From Pseudomonadota bacterium (GTDB taxonomy: Bacteria > Pseudomonadota > Gammaproteobacteria > Pseudomonadales > Pseudohongiellaceae): 64,000 nucleotides of DNA. The notes under the pieces are model-generated. The model was not told the DNA's origin. It was given only the letters and a program-made list of their open reading frames with translations, and searched no databases. Position numbers and translations under genes: made by a program. Each line of letters starts with the position of its first letter. The first letter of the stretch is position 1. Shown piece after piece: positions 61,604 to 64,000 of this stretch. Where the stretch lies: positions 110-64,109 of the forward strand of contig JADFIJ010000001.1 of the NCBI GenBank assembly GCA_022566775.1, in the 5' to 3' direction.

Positions 61604-61833
61604 ATGATCAACTCGTTTCATCCCCCTATTCGCATGCTCATGGGCCCTGGGCTCGGAAATACGATTGTCTGTCTATAGTCGATGCAGTGACTTCGCTCGG
61701 AGGCATCGAACTTCGCGTAGACGATTGGGGTATAGATGCCATCTACTCGGGCACGCAAAAATGCTCATCCTGTGTTCCAGGCTTGTCACCCGTCAGCTTT
61801 CCAGAGCAGGCAAGGTTTGGCGGGTTGGCTTGA
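61604..61833 (+). pseudogene. Eroded remnant of a class V (serine/alanine--glyoxylate-type) aminotransferase gene
   Basis: Frame 1 reads MINSFHPPIRMLMGPGLGNTIVCL* (compare the N-terminal LL(L/M)GPGPSN motif). After a frame change it reads VDAVTSLGGIELRVDDWGIDAIYSGTQKCSSCVPGLSPVSFPEQA...*. That segment matches the PLP-lysine region VD.V.SLGG....D..GID..YSG(S/T)QK....PG.S..SF. About 170 codons between the two blocks are missing. Confidence 0.55.
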
Positions 61834-62223
61834 TCGGTTTCACCAGCCGCAAGAAGAACGTCCTGTTTTGCCTGTCCGCATTAGCTTTTGTACTGTCCGA
61901 GTCTGGATCGCCGGCAGACGCCCACAAGGCGGTAACCGCGGCACAATCAATCTATAGCGCAAATTAATCCTGTTCTTGTGCCGGCTGTCACGTTATTTCT
62001 GTGGCCGAGGAGTAAGCTTGGAATTTCGGGACTCGGAAATTGTGCCATTTCCCAATACCTGCTAGAGTATGGCGTCAAAAACCAGGATGTCGACCTTGTT
62101 ATTACTGGGTAACCATTTGAAATAATTGAATAATCTATGTCTTATTCTATTAGTAACAGCCGTAATCCATGCCTGCCGCGGTGGTCTGGATTCTGATGCC
62201 AGCTATGTAGCAAAGGAGTAGAT

Positions 62224-64000
62224 ATGCCAGCAGATACTGCCGTCGGAATTGAAACGCCCGCCGAAGACGTCGAACTGGAGATTAGCCCGTCCTTTAGAAT
62301 CGACCTGCAGCCCCCCCCATTCTCTGAAGTTCACGGAGGTCCGGAGTATTCCAATACCTCGGTTACTCTGGAATTAAAAAATGGCAGCCGTTCCAAGGGT
62401 AAGTTGATGCAATTTGATTCCACCGACGAAATCATCAGCATCATGGAGCCCCGGGGCGTTTCGCCCACCGTGATCGACATGAACACCATTAAGTTCATGC
62501 GACTCGAAAAGCCTTATCAACTAGTGCTCAAGAGTGCCGCCAACCAAGAGCCACGCCCTGGCATCGATGTTGATACTGAAGCTCGAAGCTTCGAGGTTTA
62601 CTTTAGAGACAAGACAGAAATTACCGGTAAAACCTTCGGCTCCCGAACTGACAAGAATGGTATTCATTTTTACGAGCAAACCAAGGTGGGACGCAAGTGG
62701 CGCTACTGTACCCACCTCTTTGTTGCCAAATCGGCAATGGAAAATCATGTTATCGGGGGGCAGCTCGGTGACGTATTGGTGCAGGGGAAACAGATCTCCC
62801 AGGATGCACTGGATGACGCTCTGGCAGATCAGCAGAGTGAGCGATCCCGTTTAATCGGTGATTACCTAGTCACTCAGAAAATCGTCGACGCCAGTGAACT
62901 TGAGGGTGCTTTGTCTCGACAGAAGCATATGCCTAACCTGCGACTCGGTGAAATCCTGCTTACCGAAGATCTGGTTACCGAAGCGCAATTGCAGGAAGCG
63001 CTCAAGGAACAGAAGAAGAAGCGAAAGGGCGCGCTCGGTGAAATTCTCGTTACCAAAGGGGTAATCGAAAAGAGTGAGATACAACAATGTCTCGCCAAGA
63101 AACTCGGGATCCCGTTCGTAAATCTGAAAGAATTTACTGTCGAGCCCGACGTCATTCGAATGGTATCTGCAGCAGTCGCGTTCAAGCATAAGGTGGTTCC
63201 ACTATATGTTTATGAGGGCAAAATCGTTGTCGGAATTGAAAACCCCATGGATTGGCAAGTTACTGACGCTTTGAGTTTTAACATCAACAAATATGTAGAG
63301 CCGGTGATGGCATCGCCAGAAGATATTAACTGGGCCCTCCAGTTTTATTATTCTTCGGAAGATATCGAATCAACCATTTCCGATTATGATGAAGAGCTTG
63401 AGGAAGAGGAAGGCGAAGACGAATCCTATGATGCCAGCATCTTCTCCGTGGCGGAAACCTCACAGGTCACGGACAATGTTGTTGTCCGCATCGTTAACAA
63501 GATCGTCGAAGATGCACATCGCCAGAAGGTATCGGATATTCATATCGAGCCTGGCATGGGCAAGCAGAAAGTTGTGGTTCGCTTCCGCAAAGACGGGGTG
63601 TTATCTACCTACTATAAATTTCCCGCGAAATATCGAGCTGTGTTTGTTTCCCGACTCAAGGTTATGGCCCATCTGGATATTTCAAACAAGAACAAGCCTC
63701 AGGACGGTAAGATAAACTTTCGCCACTTCGCTCCCATCGACATTGAACTACGGGTAGCCACTATTCCCACTGCCGGCGGCATAGAAGACGTAGTCATCCG
63801 TTTGTTGAGTGGTGGCAAGGTGATGCCGGTCAACGCCATTGGCTTGAGCAGTGCTAACCTTGACAAGTTGCTGGATGCGGTTTCCCGACCTTACGGGCTT
63901 TTTCTGGTATGTGGTCCGACAGGATCTGGCAAGAGCACAACCTTGCATTCCATACTGAGTCACCTTAATACTGGCGAGCGAAAGATTTGGACGGCCGAAG
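62224..64000 (+). CDS. GspE/PilB/MshE-family secretion ATPase with tandem MshEN-like N-terminal motifs and an extra about 170-aa N-terminal region (partial; runs off the window end)
   Basis: Absent from the ORF track because there is no stop in the window. AAGGAG lies 8 nt upstream of the ATG at 62224. Hand translation gives ...QLGDVLVQGKQISQDALDDALADQ...RLGEILLTEDLVTEAQLQEALKEQ...ALGEILVTKGVIEKSEIQQCLAKKLGIPFVNLKEF... It continues with SDIHIEP and the Walker A motif LFLVCGPTGSGKSTT. Confidence 0.8.
   Translation, partial: MPADTAVGIETPAEDVELEISPSFRIDLQPPPFSEVHGGPEYSNTSVTLELKNGSRSKGKLMQFDSTDEIISIMEPRGVSPTVIDMNTIKFMRLEKPYQLVLKSAANQEPRPGIDVDTEARSFEVYFRDKTEITGKTFGSRTDKNGIHFYEQTKVGRKWRYCTHLFVAKSAMENHVIGGQLGDVLVQGKQISQDALDDALADQQSERSRLIGDYLVTQKIVDASELEGALSRQKHMPNLRLGEILLTEDLVTEAQLQEALKEQKKKRKGALGEILVTKGVIEKSEIQQCLAKKLGIPFVNLKEFTVEPDVIRMVSAAVAFKHKVVPLYVYEGKIVVGIENPMDWQVTDALSFNINKYVEPVMASPEDINWALQFYYSSEDIESTISDYDEELEEEEGEDESYDASIFSVAETSQVTDNVVVRIVNKIVEDAHRQKVSDIHIEPGMGKQKVVVRFRKDGVLSTYYKFPAKYRAVFVSRLKVMAHLDISNKNKPQDGKINFRHFAPIDIELRVATIPTAGGIEDVVIRLLSGGKVMPVNAIGLSSANLDKLLDAVSRPYGLFLVCGPTGSGKSTTLHSILSHLNTGERKIWTAE

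Noticed and set aside
61665-61967. 100-aa and 73-aa plus-strand ORFs after rplQ
   Set aside because: They are out of frame with the recognisable aminotransferase remnants and are better explained as chance frames within a pseudogene.

Overview
This window is gammaproteobacterial chromosome. The gene order birA-coaX-SPOR gene-tRNA(Tyr,Gly,Thr)-tufB-tRNA(Trp)-secE-nusG-rplKAJL-rpoBC-rpsLG-fusA-tufA-S10/spc/alpha operons resembles Pseudomonadales/Cellvibrionales-type marine lineages, but that taxon guess is low confidence.

There are three zones.

(1) Bases 1-25.3 kb hold an accessory-looking block made almost entirely of exported or membrane proteins. These are a FecR-domain protein, an M14 carboxypeptidase-like protein, a cupin, an M19 dipeptidase, gamma-glutamyltransferase, a YtcJ-like amidohydrolase and a CstA transporter.
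- The most interesting content sits here: three paralogous proteins that fuse a redoxin-like domain, one haem c site and a PHM/DBH-type copper monooxygenase.
- Next to them are two paralogous NHL beta-propellers carrying PAL-like (peptidyl-alpha-hydroxyglycine lyase) motifs, and a HupE/UreJ-type permease.
- Together these look like a split, periplasmic analogue of the animal PHM+PAL amidating enzyme.

(2) Bases 25.8-61.4 kb are the conserved translation/transcription core.
- It contains 4 tRNAs, two near-identical tuf copies, rpoB/rpoC and about 30 ribosomal protein genes.
- Lineage-specific oddities include Ala/Glu-rich C-terminal tails on uL5 and uL15, a family of long hairpins inserted at three alpha/spc operon junctions, a terminator-like hairpin between rpsJ and rplC, and a 314-bp element bounded by inverted repeats upstream of birA.

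(3) Bases 61.5-64 kb hold an eroded class V aminotransferase pseudogene and a partial GspE/MshE-type ATPase with tandem MshEN-like motifs.

I saw no rRNA, CRISPR array, IS element, integrase or prophage genes. All homology calls come from reading the translations and recalling family motifs. No database search was run.
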